A DNA stretch of 64,000 bases from an uncultured Actinomycetota bacterium (GCA_963753435.1 CAVWCF010000002.1:118410-182409); one strand, 5' to 3'; counted from the first letter of the stretch, positions 1-9,365 are shown. A program made the numbers and translations. The notes: generated by a model from the letters alone, not told the origin.

Positions 1-583
1 TGTTGCGCTCATAAGGGGAGCCGTTGATGACCAGCAGCAGGCCGGCCTGGGCCTCTCGTGCCCACTGCTCCGGGCCGCCTCGCTGCCAGAGGTCCTCACA
101 AATGGCCAGGGTCACGTCGACCCCGTGTAGCCGCAGCGTGCAGGGCTCGTTGCCGGCCACGAAGTAGCGGGCCTCGTCGAAGACCCCGTAGTTGGGCAGG
201 TGGTGCTTGGCGTAGTGCATGAGCACCTCGCCGTTGTAGATCACCGCCGCGCAGTTCTGCGGGCTGGACCGGGGCGTGCCCAACGACTCCGCCGCGCCGG
301 AGCGGCGATCCAGGTATCCGACGACGACAACCTGTCGTTCACAGCCTTCCGCCGCCAACTGCACGGCCAAGGCCTCCACGGTCGCCCGGCTGGCGTCCAC
401 GAAGGATGGCCGCAAGGCGAGGTCCTCAACCGGGTAGCCGGTCAGGAACAGTTCAGGGAAGGCAACCAGGTGGGCCCCCTGTGCCGCGGCGTGCTTGGTC
501 CAGCGCACGACCAATTCGGCATTGCCGGAGAGGTCGCCCACCGTGGGGTTGGCCTGGGCCAACGCAACGCGAAGCTGAGGCAC
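1..583 (-). CDS. nadE: glutamine-dependent NAD+ synthetase, N-terminal part (runs off window)
   Basis: Minus-strand translation from GTG 583 gives MPQLRVALAQANPTVGD...FPELFLTGYPVEDL...YAKHHLPNYGVFDEARYF...LAICEDLW, a nitrilase-like glutaminase domain. Lies next to glnA2 as in other actinomycetes. Confidence 0.93.
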   Translation of the reverse strand, partial: MPQLRVALAQANPTVGDLSGNAELVVRWTKHAAAQGAHLVAFPELFLTGYPVEDLALRPSFVDASRATVEALAVQLAAEGCERQVVVVGYLDRRSGAAESLGTPRSSPQNCAAVIYNGEVLMHYAKHHLPNYGVFDEARYFVAGNEPCTLRLHGVDVTLAICEDLWQRGGPEQWAREAQAGLLLVINGSPYERN

Positions 584-630
584 CCGCGCACCCTATGGGT
601 TTAGCCCCGGCGCCGTTTGGCAGGCGTGCC

Positions 631-646
631 GTAACCGCGGTGAAAC
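631..646 (+). promoter_or_regulatory. GlnR box (one a-b unit) upstream of glnA2
   Basis: GTAAC-cgcggt-GAAAC matches the GlnR consensus GTnAC-n6-GAAAC, just upstream of the GS gene start. Confidence 0.7.
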
Positions 647-668
647 ACAACGACGGCACGATGGGCTC

Positions 669-2006
669 GTGGATAAGCAGCAGGAGTTCGTCCTCCGCAC
701 GCTGGAGGAACGCGACATTCGCTTCGTGCGCCTCTGGTTCACCGACGTGCTCGGGTTCTTGAAGTCGGTCGCGGTCGCGCCGGCTGAGCTTGAAGGTGCT
801 TTCGCTGAGGGCATGGGCTTCGACGGCTCGGCGATCCAGGGGTTCGCGCGGACCAATGAGGCCGACATGCTGGCCAAGCCGGACCCGTCGACCTTCGCGG
901 TACTGCCGTGGCGGGCCGAAGCGGCTGGGGCCGCGCGCATGTTCTGCGACATCCTGATGCCGGACGGGTCGCCGTCCTACGCCGACCCGCGACACGTGCT
1001 CAAACGTGCGCTCAACAAGGCGGGCGAGTTGGGCTTCACCTTCTACACGCATCCGGAGATCGAGTTCTTCCTCTTCTCCGACGTCCCGGGCGGAGGAGCC
1101 GAGCCGGTTCCGGTGGACTCCGGCGGCTACTTCGACCACGTACCGCACAGCCAGGGACAGGACTTCCGCCGCGCGGCGATCACCATGCTGGAGTCGATGG
1201 GCATCTCGGTGGAGTTCTCCCATCACGAAGGCGCCCCCGGGCAAAACGAGATTGACCTGCGCTACGCGGACGCGCTCACAACCGCCGACAACATCATGAC
1301 CTTCCGCCACGTGGTCAAAGAGGTGGCTCTGGAGCAGGGCATCTACGCGTCCTTCATGCCCAAGCCGTTCGCGCAGCACCCCGGGTCGGGCATGCACACG
1401 CACGTCTCCTTGTTCAGCGGCGACCAGAACGCGTTCTTCGAAGGTGGGGCTGAGTACCAGCTCAGCAAGGTGGCCAGGTCGTTCATCGCGGGCCTGCTGC
1501 GCCACGCCCCGGAGATCACCGCTGTCACCAACCAGTGGGTCAACTCCTACAAGCGGCTGTACGGCGGCGGCGAAGCCCCCGCTTACGTCTGCTGGGGCCA
1601 CAACAACCGCTCGGCCATGGTGCGCGTGCCCATGTACAAGCCGAGCAAGGGCCAGTCGACACGCATCGAGGTGCGTTCCCTGGATTCTGCGGCCAACCCG
1701 TACCTGGCTTTGGCGCTGATCCTGGCGGCGGGGCTGAAGGGCGTCGAGGAGGGCTATCCGCTGCCGGCGGAAGCCGAGGACGACGTCTGGGCCTTGTCCG
1801 AAGGTGAGCGCCGCGCCCTCGGCATCGAGCCGCTGCCGCAGAATCTGGCGGAGGCGATCGCGGTGATGGAGCAATCGGAGTTGGCCGCGGAGACGCTGGG
1901 CGAGCACGTGTTCGACTTCTTCCTGCGGAACAAGCGGGCGGAGTGGGCCGACTACCGAGCCCAGGTCACGCCGTTTGAGCGGGAGCGGTACCTGCCGGTC
2001 CTGTGA
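669..2006 (+). CDS. glnA2: type I glutamine synthetase-like protein (GlnA2 type)
   Basis: FDGSAI, HHEGAPGQNEI, FMPKPF..GSGMHTH, NRSAMVRVP and EVRSLDSAANPY motifs. No DLY adenylylation motif. Sits between nadE and glnE. Confidence 0.9.
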   Translation: MDKQQEFVLRTLEERDIRFVRLWFTDVLGFLKSVAVAPAELEGAFAEGMGFDGSAIQGFARTNEADMLAKPDPSTFAVLPWRAEAAGAARMFCDILMPDGSPSYADPRHVLKRALNKAGELGFTFYTHPEIEFFLFSDVPGGGAEPVPVDSGGYFDHVPHSQGQDFRRAAITMLESMGISVEFSHHEGAPGQNEIDLRYADALTTADNIMTFRHVVKEVALEQGIYASFMPKPFAQHPGSGMHTHVSLFSGDQNAFFEGGAEYQLSKVARSFIAGLLRHAPEITAVTNQWVNSYKRLYGGGEAPAYVCWGHNNRSAMVRVPMYKPSKGQSTRIEVRSLDSAANPYLALALILAAGLKGVEEGYPLPAEAEDDVWALSEGERRALGIEPLPQNLAEAIAVMEQSELAAETLGEHVFDFFLRNKRAEWADYRAQVTPFERERYLPVL

Positions 2007-2031
2007 CCTGGCACTGACTACCCTCCCGGGG

Positions 2032-4995
2032 GTGGCTGAGGACCGGGCGAAAACACTGCGCGCCCGTTTGATCCGTCTTGGATTCGCCGATGCCGCCGTT
2101 GCCGAGGCCGAACTGCAGGCGGATCCGCTCGACGATGAAGTACTTGTCGCATTGGGTGCCACCGCAGACCCCGACCAGGCATTGGCCGGGCTGCTGCGAT
2201 TGCGGTCCGCCGATGAGCGGGTGGGCGAGTTCCTGGCAGATGAGCAGCAACGAACTCGGTTGCTGGCGGTACTTGGGGTCAGCAGCGCCCTGACCGACTT
2301 CGTGGTTCGCCACCCCGACGAGTTGGCCTGGGTCGGCCGGGGATCCGAATTGCCGGATGCAGCCGGCATGCGCGCCTACCTGTCCGCTTGTGTGGGCTTG
2401 GGTCCCGGCAATGAAGCCACGCCTGGCCTCTCGAATCCCGCCGTCTCGGCGGGTGCCGATCGCTTGGACGCCCTCCGCGTCGGATACCGCGCGCTGGTGC
2501 TCGGTATCGCGGCCCGCGACCTGGTGGGTGAGCTGCAGTTCGACGATGTCGGTGCGGCATTGGCCAACGCCGCCGACGCCGTCTTGGACACCGCGCTGCG
2601 AATTGCTGCGGCGGAGTCCCCCGAGGACGCCGATGCGTGCCGGCTGGCGGTTATCGCCATGGGCAAGACCGGTGGATCGGAGTTGAACTACATCTCCGAC
2701 GTCGATGTCATCTACGTCGCCGAACCGGCTACCGGGGTGGACGAAACGGCCGCACTGGCTGCGGCCACGAGGCTGGCGACGCGACTGCAGCAGATCTGCT
2801 CCGCACCTACCGGTGAGGGGGCCATTTGGGAGGTCGATGCGGCGCTGCGACCGGAGGGCAAGGCCGGCGCGCTGGTGCGGACCCTGGCCAGTCACGCGGC
2901 CTACTACGAGCGGTGGGCCAAGACCTGGGAGTTCCAGGCCCTGCTGAAGGCCCGCCCGGCAGCCGGCGATCAGGCCTTGGGTGTCGCCTACTGCGACGCG
3001 GCCGCCGAACGGGTGTGGACCGCCGCCAATCGGGACGGCTTCGTCGCCGACGTTCAGGCGATGCGACGGCGCGTTGAGGAACACATCCCGGTGCGCGAGG
3101 CGCAGCGTCAACTCAAACTAGGCCGCGGCGGGCTGCGGGACGTGGAGTTCGCGGTGCAGTTGCTGCAACTGGTGCACGGCAAGTCGGATGTCTACGTGCG
3201 TAGCCGAACCACGCTGCAGGCGTTGGAGGCGCTGGCGACGTGGGGGTACGTGGCCCGCGAGGACGCTGCGGGGTTTGCGGCGTCGTACCGGTGGCTGCGG
3301 TCGCTGGAACACCGGATCCAGTTGCAGCGGCTGCGGCGAACGCACCTGTTGCCTACTGACGATGCAGCCCTGCGGCGCCTCGCCCGGTCAATGGGCCTGC
3401 GCGACGCTGCGCAACTGGACGACGAGTTGGCCGGGCACCGGCGTCGGGTCCGGCAGATCCACGAGAAGCTCTTCTACCGTCCCCTGCTGGACGCGGTTGC
3501 CCGGTTGGAGCCCGGGGTAGCCAGGCTGAGCCCGGAGGCGGCCCGGGATCGGCTGGAGGCACTTGGGTATCAGGACCCGCAAGGGGCGTTGCGCCATCTG
3601 GAGGCGCTGACGACGGGACTGAGCCGGCGGGCGCAAATCCAGCGCACGCTCCTGCCGGTCCTGCTTGGCTGGTTCGCCGACTACCCGGACCCGGACGCCG
3701 GGCTGTTGGGTTTTCGGCAGGTATCCGATTCGTTGGGATCGACGCCTTGGTATCTGCGCCTGCTGCGCGACGCCGGCGCGGCCGAGCGTCTCGTCCGGGT
3801 GCTTTCCACCTCTCGCTACGCGACCGATCTGCTACTGCGTGCGCCGGACGCTGTCGCGCTGCTCGACGGTGACGCGGAACTGCAGCCTCGGGATCAGTCC
3901 GTCTTGGTTGCGGAGATGGGCAATGCGGCCAGCCTGCATGAGGACCCGGAGTCCGCGATCGCGTCGGTCCGCGCGATCCGGCGACGAGAGTTGTTTCGCA
4001 TCTCGGTGGCGGACCTGCTGCGACGCCTGACCGCGGAGCAGGTTGGGCAGGCGTTGACCGACGTGGCTACGGCCACGATCCAGGCGGGGCTGACCGTGGC
4101 GACGGCGGCGATCGAATCCAAGCGTGGCTCCGTGCCGACCCGGTTCGCCGTCATCGGCATGGGCCGGTTGGGCGGGGCGGAGATGTCCTACTCATCCGAT
4201 GCCGATGTGCTGTTCGTCCACGACCCGCTTCCCGGCGCAGATGAGCGTGAAGCGAGCGATGCTGCGCACGCAGTCGCAAATGAACTGCGGCGCCTCCTTT
4301 CGCTACCCAGTGAGGACCCACCACTGGGAATCGACGCGGACCTGCGACCGGAAGGCCGACAAGGTCCCCTGGTCAGGTCGCTGGCGTCATACGCCGCCTA
4401 CTACGAGCGGTGGTCGCTGGTCTGGGAGGCGCAGGCTTTGCTTCGGGCAGTACCCATCGCCGGGGACGGGGACCTAGGTGCGCAGTTCGTTGAACTGATC
4501 GATCCGGTTCGTTATCCCGACAACGGTCTAGACGATGCGCACTTGCGTGAGATCCGGCGGATAAAGGCGCGGGTGGAGACCGAACGGATGCCACGGGGGA
4601 CGGACCCGCACCGCAACTTGAAGCTTGGTCCTGGTGGTCTGGCCGACGTGGAGTGGACCGCACAGTTGCTGCAGTTGCGGCACGGCCATGCCGAACCGGG
4701 CCTGCGGACGCCGCGGACGCGGGCGGCACTGCAGGCAGCAGTGGACGCTGGGTTGTTGGCAAGCGCGGACCGGGACACGTTGATCGAGGCGTGGCGCTTC
4801 GCAATGAGTGTGCGCAATGCCACGACCTTGGTGCGTGGCAAAGCCTCCGACACGCTGCCGGGCCCGGGCCGCGACCTCGCCGGAACTGCCCTTGTTGCCG
4901 GTTACGATCCAACGAACGCGGGCCAGTTGGAGGATGACTACCGACGGGCAGCGCGGCACGCACGCTCCGTGGTGGAGAGGGAGTTCTACCGGTGA
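2032..4995 (+). CDS. glnE: bifunctional glutamine synthetase adenylyltransferase/adenylyl-removing enzyme
   Basis: Two nucleotidyltransferase halves (AMGKTGGSELNYISDVD; GMGRLGGAEMSYSSDAD), DxxLRPEG twice, LKLGRGGLRDVEF and LKLGPGGLADVEW. Start moved to GTG 2032 behind a TACCCT -10 box. Confidence 0.95.
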   Translation: MAEDRAKTLRARLIRLGFADAAVAEAELQADPLDDEVLVALGATADPDQALAGLLRLRSADERVGEFLADEQQRTRLLAVLGVSSALTDFVVRHPDELAWVGRGSELPDAAGMRAYLSACVGLGPGNEATPGLSNPAVSAGADRLDALRVGYRALVLGIAARDLVGELQFDDVGAALANAADAVLDTALRIAAAESPEDADACRLAVIAMGKTGGSELNYISDVDVIYVAEPATGVDETAALAAATRLATRLQQICSAPTGEGAIWEVDAALRPEGKAGALVRTLASHAAYYERWAKTWEFQALLKARPAAGDQALGVAYCDAAAERVWTAANRDGFVADVQAMRRRVEEHIPVREAQRQLKLGRGGLRDVEFAVQLLQLVHGKSDVYVRSRTTLQALEALATWGYVAREDAAGFAASYRWLRSLEHRIQLQRLRRTHLLPTDDAALRRLARSMGLRDAAQLDDELAGHRRRVRQIHEKLFYRPLLDAVARLEPGVARLSPEAARDRLEALGYQDPQGALRHLEALTTGLSRRAQIQRTLLPVLLGWFADYPDPDAGLLGFRQVSDSLGSTPWYLRLLRDAGAAERLVRVLSTSRYATDLLLRAPDAVALLDGDAELQPRDQSVLVAEMGNAASLHEDPESAIASVRAIRRRELFRISVADLLRRLTAEQVGQALTDVATATIQAGLTVATAAIESKRGSVPTRFAVIGMGRLGGAEMSYSSDADVLFVHDPLPGADEREASDAAHAVANELRRLLSLPSEDPPLGIDADLRPEGRQGPLVRSLASYAAYYERWSLVWEAQALLRAVPIAGDGDLGAQFVELIDPVRYPDNGLDDAHLREIRRIKARVETERMPRGTDPHRNLKLGPGGLADVEWTAQLLQLRHGHAEPGLRTPRTRAALQAAVDAGLLASADRDTLIEAWRFAMSVRNATTLVRGKASDTLPGPGRDLAGTALVAGYDPTNAGQLEDDYRRAARHARSVVEREFYR

Positions 4996-6866
4996 CAACC
5001 GCGCAGAGTTCTCGTATTCGCGAGGTGTTGTCCAACGGGGAGGCCCGTGCGCTGCTGGTGGCGCAGATGGTCAGCGAAATCGGCGATCAGGTTGCTCGCG
5101 TTGCGGTGGCCTACTTCGTGCTGGACCGAACTGACAGCCTGCTGTACGGCGCGCTGACGCTTGCCATCGCCTACGTGCCGGGCATCTTCGGCACCGCGTT
5201 CCTGGGAACCCTGGCTGATCGGATTCCCCGCCGCGCGCTGATGCTGTGGTGCGATCTCATCCGGGTCTTCCTGGTCGTGCTGCTGGCCTTCGTCATCGCC
5301 AGCGGGCTGCCGCTCATCTTGGTGTTTGCGCTCTTGCTGGTTGGCGAGACGGTCGCGGCACCCTTCGGAATCGCCCGGTCGGCCCTGTGGCCGGACGTGA
5401 TGCCCCAGCGAGACCTGTTCGTCGCCGCGCACGCGCTGTCGCGGGCGATGTTCCTGGCAGCTCAGGTGATCGGCTTCGTGGCCGGCGGCCTGCTGACCCA
5501 AGCCATCGGCGTGGAGTTGGCCCTCCTGCTGGACGGTCTCACCTTTGTCGTCTCGTATGTCTTGATCCGCGCCCGGGTGAGCAGTCGTCCGGTCGCTGCC
5601 GAAGCCGGCACTTCGGCTTCGCGGATGGCCGGGGACGTGGCACAGGGCTGGCGGGAGGTAACGCAGGACCCGTTGCGGCGCTGGCTGATCCTGCTGGGCT
5701 GGTTCTCGGCGTTCGCGCTGATCGCCCCGGAGGCGGTTGCGCTGGGCTGGCGCCCCGACCTGAATGCCGCGATCGGCGGCATGCTCCTGGCCGCAGTACC
5801 GGCGGGGGCCGCCGTCGGATTCCTGCTTATCGCCCGACTGAGTCTGCCCAGGCAAACGGAGATGATCCTGCCGCTGGCGGCACTGTCATGTCTTCCGCTG
5901 TTCGCTGCGTCGATCAATCCGCCACCGGTTACGGCTGCGGCGCTGTTCTTCGTGGCCGGTGTCCTGCAGGCCTGGGTGCTGACGATTATGGCGGCGGCCA
6001 CGGCGTTGACCGAGGCTCCGCTTCGGGGCCGGGTTCTGGGTGTCGCGTCGGCGGGGTTCAGCGCGGCGACGGCTTTGTCGTTTGCGGTCATCGGAGCATT
6101 GGGTGACGCGATCGGCCCGGCCCGAGCGGTGAGCCTCGCCGGGCTGTTCGGACTTCTGGTGGTCGGGATCTTCTGGCGCGCTTCTCCCGGCGGTGCCCTC
6201 ACCGATGCGGTCGCTGACACGGAACTGCTGTCTCTGGACCAGGAGGCCGTCGGTGACCTGATGGAAACCGTCGTGCCGGTCCTGCCGCCGGATGACGCGA
6301 CAGTGGACCTCGAGCACGCGATGGCCGGATTCACCTTGTCCGAACGGAACTCATGGAACCCGGCGACACAAAGCCCGGAGAGCCGCAGCGGTGACGCTCT
6401 TGGTCAGGACCCGGCCGGGGACATTGCCGTGACCCCGGAGACCGTGGCGGCGGCCGCTCCGCCGGCGCATGTCACCGAGCCGATTGGCACCCGAGTACCG
6501 CACTTGGATGACGCGCCGGTCGTGGGTCGGCTCGCGCCGATTCCCCGCACTGAGGTGACCGACCCGGTCTCGGCCCCGTTGCCCGAACCGGATCTGCGAT
6601 TCGCCGAGACCGCGTCCCTGGTGGTGGATGTCCCGGAGCCTGGCATCGAGCCGTCGGCGCCACCCGAAGTTGCCGTCGAGCCGACGGCGCCACCCGAAGT
6701 TGCCGTCGAGCCGTCGGAGCCACCCGAAGTTGCCGTCGAGCCACCTGCCCGGGAGCCAGCGATGGCAGATCCGGCGATTGACATCCTGCCCGGCCGAGCA
6801 GCGCCGCTGCCCGAATGGCCCAGCGTTGACAAGGATGCGACCCAGCCCGTCCCGCGCATCGACTGA
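4992..6866 (+). CDS. MFS transporter with long Pro/Glu/Ala-rich C-terminal extension
   Basis: About 12 hydrophobic segments, GTLADRIPRR motif A, LRGRVLG, then ~200 aa acidic low-complexity tail. Start overlaps the glnE stop (GTGA). Confidence 0.85.
   Translation: MTTAQSSRIREVLSNGEARALLVAQMVSEIGDQVARVAVAYFVLDRTDSLLYGALTLAIAYVPGIFGTAFLGTLADRIPRRALMLWCDLIRVFLVVLLAFVIASGLPLILVFALLLVGETVAAPFGIARSALWPDVMPQRDLFVAAHALSRAMFLAAQVIGFVAGGLLTQAIGVELALLLDGLTFVVSYVLIRARVSSRPVAAEAGTSASRMAGDVAQGWREVTQDPLRRWLILLGWFSAFALIAPEAVALGWRPDLNAAIGGMLLAAVPAGAAVGFLLIARLSLPRQTEMILPLAALSCLPLFAASINPPPVTAAALFFVAGVLQAWVLTIMAAATALTEAPLRGRVLGVASAGFSAATALSFAVIGALGDAIGPARAVSLAGLFGLLVVGIFWRASPGGALTDAVADTELLSLDQEAVGDLMETVVPVLPPDDATVDLEHAMAGFTLSERNSWNPATQSPESRSGDALGQDPAGDIAVTPETVAAAAPPAHVTEPIGTRVPHLDDAPVVGRLAPIPRTEVTDPVSAPLPEPDLRFAETASLVVDVPEPGIEPSAPPEVAVEPTAPPEVAVEPSEPPEVAVEPPAREPAMADPAIDILPGRAAPLPEWPSVDKDATQPVPRID
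6648..6742 (+). repeat. 30-bp tandem repeat, three copies plus a partial, encoding EP(S/T)(A/E)PPEVAV
   Basis: gagccgtcggcgccacccgaagttgccgtc / gagccgacggcgccacccgaagttgccgtc / gagccgtcggagccacccgaagttgccgtc / gagcc. Confidence 0.95.
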
Positions 6867-6901
6867 GGAGGACAGGGGAGCGCCAGCGAGTTGTCTCAGA
6901 T

Positions 6902-6917
6902 ATACCCCTGGGGGTAT
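6902..6917. promoter_or_regulatory. CsoR/RicR/CstR-family operator overlapping a -10 box
   Basis: Near-palindrome ATACCCC-TG-GGGGTAT with C and G tracts. It overlaps TATGCT (6915-6920), which lies 7 nt before ATG 6928. Confidence 0.7.
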
Positions 6918-6927
6918 GCTGGAGGGC

Positions 6928-7314
6928 ATGGAATCAGGCAGTCACGACGGCCACGGTCATGCCGTCCTCAACGAACTCTCGCCGCTGACCCGCGAACTTC
7001 GCCGCAAGATCCCGGACGTCTACGAGGGTTTCCGGGCGTTGCACTCAGCGGCGTTCGCCCCCGGGGCGCTTGACACGAAGACCAAGGAGTTGATGGCGCT
7101 GGCCATCGCGGTGGCGGACGGGTGCGACGGATGCATCGCCAGCCATGCCCGCGCTGCGGTCACCGCCGGCGCCAGCGAGCAGGAGGCCGCCGAGACGATC
7201 GGCGTTGCGATTCTCATGTCGGGCGGCCCCGGCACCATCTACGGACCCCGCGCCATGGCCGCCGTGGCGGAGTTCCGCACCGAGCAGACCCAACGAACTG
7301 GAGCGACCGTATGA
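6928..7314 (+). CDS. carboxymuconolactone decarboxylase / AhpD-like family protein
   Basis: GALDTKTKELMALAIAVADGCDGCIASH (CxxC), EAAETIGVAILMSGGPG. Confidence 0.88.
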   Translation: MESGSHDGHGHAVLNELSPLTRELRRKIPDVYEGFRALHSAAFAPGALDTKTKELMALAIAVADGCDGCIASHARAAVTAGASEQEAAETIGVAILMSGGPGTIYGPRAMAAVAEFRTEQTQRTGATV

Positions 7315-7661
7315 AGCGCCTGCTAGCTGTCCTGTTGTTGTCGGTGTTGGCCGTAGCAGGCTGCTCCACTTCGGAGACGCCATCGGCGGACACCGCGTCA
7401 TACACCGCGATCATCGACGTGCGCACGCCGGCTGAGTTCGCCACCGAGCACGTCGTCGACGCGGTGAACATTGACGTGCAGAGCGCCGATTTCGCCCAAC
7501 AGATCGCCCAGCTGGACCCCAACGGGTCCTACCTCGTCTACTGCCGTAGCGGCAATCGTTCCGCCGCGGCGGCCACGCAGATGTCCGGCGCCGGGCTCAC
7601 CGTCACTGACGGTGGGGGTCTCGGCGACATGAAGGGCGCCGGCTGGACCTTCACCAGTTGA
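7311..7661 (+). CDS. rhodanese-like domain lipoprotein
   Basis: Lipoprotein signal MKRLLAVLLLSVLAVAG-C, IIDVRTPAEF..H..AVNID, active loop YCRSGNRS. ATGA overlap with the CMD gene. Confidence 0.88.
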   Translation: MKRLLAVLLLSVLAVAGCSTSETPSADTASYTAIIDVRTPAEFATEHVVDAVNIDVQSADFAQQIAQLDPNGSYLVYCRSGNRSAAAATQMSGAGLTVTDGGGLGDMKGAGWTFTS

Positions 7662-7689
7662 CACCTGCCGCGGCCCGCGATCGGCGACG

Positions 7690-8511
7690 ATGGCTCACGT
7701 GGACGGCGCGGACATGAGTGCTGTTGCAGCGGGCAGCGCGGCCACCCGCTGGCGAGAGCAACTGGCCGAGTGGGCGATTCCGCCAGCAATCTTGGAGCAG
7801 GCGGCGCAATCGCCGTGGTCCTTGCCGAAGGAGCTCTTCCGCGTAGAGGCCCCGGCTGAGGTGGACAGTCCCGCCACGGCGGCGGCTCGGGCGGCCCTGC
7901 CGGCAGGCGGCAGCGTGCTGGACGTCGGCTGCGGGGGAGGGGCTGCGGGCCTGGCGCTGGCCGACCGGGCCGGCGAGATCGTGGGCGTGGATTCGCGGGC
8001 CGACATGTTGGCTGAGTTCGGTGCCGCCGCCCGTCGGCTCGGAGTGGCCTTCCAGAGCGTCCAAGGGAACTGGCCGGAAGTCGCCGATGAGGTTGCGACC
8101 GCCGATGTAGTCGTGTGCCACCACGTGTTCTACAACGTGGCTGAACTGGTCCCGTTCGTCCAGGCGTTGACGGATCACGCCCGGTTGCGGGTGGTGGTGG
8201 AGTTGCCTAGAACGCACCCGACCAGCCGCATGGCCGCCTTGTGGGAGCACTTCTGGGGGGTGATCCGGCCCTCCGGGCCGACTGCGGACGATGCGGTGAG
8301 CGTCTTGCAGGAGATGGGCATAGCGCCGGAAGTGTCCACGTTCACTGCCCCCGCGCGGCGATTGGCCGACTTCACTGCCGAGGTGGAGCAGGCTCGAATC
8401 CATCTGTGCCTGCCACCGGAGCGAACCGGCGAAGTGGCAGCGTTGTTGGAGCGCATGGGGCCACCGGTGGCCCGGGAGTTGTACGCGCTGTCCTGGCCTG
8501 GCGGCGGCTAG
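7690..8511 (+). CDS. class I SAM-dependent methyltransferase
   Basis: VLDVGCGGG motif I, VGVD motif II, ADVVVCHHVFY. Start could be 7699 or 7714. Confidence 0.82.
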   Translation: MAHVDGADMSAVAAGSAATRWREQLAEWAIPPAILEQAAQSPWSLPKELFRVEAPAEVDSPATAAARAALPAGGSVLDVGCGGGAAGLALADRAGEIVGVDSRADMLAEFGAAARRLGVAFQSVQGNWPEVADEVATADVVVCHHVFYNVAELVPFVQALTDHARLRVVVELPRTHPTSRMAALWEHFWGVIRPSGPTADDAVSVLQEMGIAPEVSTFTAPARRLADFTAEVEQARIHLCLPPERTGEVAALLERMGPPVARELYALSWPGGG

Positions 8512-9365
8512 AAGGGCGAGATGTCCGGCCAGTCCGTGCCCAGGCCGGCGGCCTGGCGTGCGGCGACGATCTGGTCGTGGCCGTAACGGACCTTGAGCAT
8601 CTGGTCGACCCGCTCGTTGCCGATCGCCTTGCGGCTGATCACGTTCATCGGGTCGAGGATGTAGCCGTAGGTGCGGATGCGGTGGTCGCGATCCATCATC
8701 GCCAATCGCTCATCCTGCGGCACCTCGGTCGCGTCGTCCAACCAGCTCAGCCAACGCTCCACGCGCTTGGTGACTGCACCGCGCAGCAACTCGACGGTCT
8801 CCTTGGACCGCTCGGCGGTGTAGGAGTGGGCGACGGGAGAGTTGAACGCGCGCATGTAGGTGCCGTGGGAGACCGACCAGGTGAAATGCGTGTCGCCACG
8901 GAGCTTGAGGAAGTCGGGGTCCTCTTGGGCGTAGTACTTCTGCAAGTACTCCGCGTCCACCATGAGATCGCGACGGGGGACCAAGTCGGAGTAGTAGAAG
9001 ATGTCCGGGATCGTGCCGAAGACGAAGACCAGGTGCGGCACGTCGATGCTCTGATCCAGCCACACCTGCAAGTTCATGTCGAGGATCGAGGCCTTGCGGT
9101 TGCCGATCCAGGAATGCGCCATGTGGTCAACGCCGGGTCCGGTGTAGGTCTGCATCGAGCCCTCGAACGAGTCGTCCTCGGTGGACCAGTACTCCAGGCC
9201 GGCGCAGGAGGCTTGCACCTGCAGGTCCGGGAACCGGGCCACTACCTTTTCTTTGACGTCGGTGAGGATCCCGAAAAGGTCGCGGTGCGTCTCGGTGACG
9301 TCGACGTCCGGGTTCTCCGCGAGGTACTCGTGGATGGTCTTGGTCTGCGGCACGGCTTCAGTCAT
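8508..9365 (-). CDS. red chlorophyll catabolite reductase (RCCR)/ferredoxin-dependent bilin reductase-like protein
   Basis: SW...VPHLVFVF...DLVPRRDLMVDAEYLQKYY...VS..YMRAFNSP...DRDHRIR...LDP aligns by eye with RCCR motifs as I recall them (DLP.RKDLV..PDYL..YY, FVS.S..VRS..SP, ERD...R). Own TAAGGT -10 box before the ATG. Confidence 0.72.
   Translation of the reverse strand: MTEAVPQTKTIHEYLAENPDVDVTETHRDLFGILTDVKEKVVARFPDLQVQASCAGLEYWSTEDDSFEGSMQTYTGPGVDHMAHSWIGNRKASILDMNLQVWLDQSIDVPHLVFVFGTIPDIFYYSDLVPRRDLMVDAEYLQKYYAQEDPDFLKLRGDTHFTWSVSHGTYMRAFNSPVAHSYTAERSKETVELLRGAVTKRVERWLSWLDDATEVPQDERLAMMDRDHRIRTYGYILDPMNVISRKAIGNERVDQMLKVRYGHDQIVAARQAAGLGTDWPDISPF

Noticed and set aside
453-2369. Long antisense and alternate-frame ORFs (e.g. 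453-2369, 45643-46806, 49574-50647, 62976-63866)
   Set aside because: They shadow well-supported genes. High GC3 leaves the opposite strand stop-poor, and the translations are Arg/Gly/Ala-rich with no motifs.
6648-6742. 30-bp repeats as a possible CRISPR array
   Set aside because: Head-to-tail units without spacers, in frame inside a CDS, and no cas genes.
7690-9365. Methyltransferase and RCCR-like gene as one tetrapyrrole pathway
   Set aside because: They are convergent, separately promoted and differ in codon style. Only adjacency links them.
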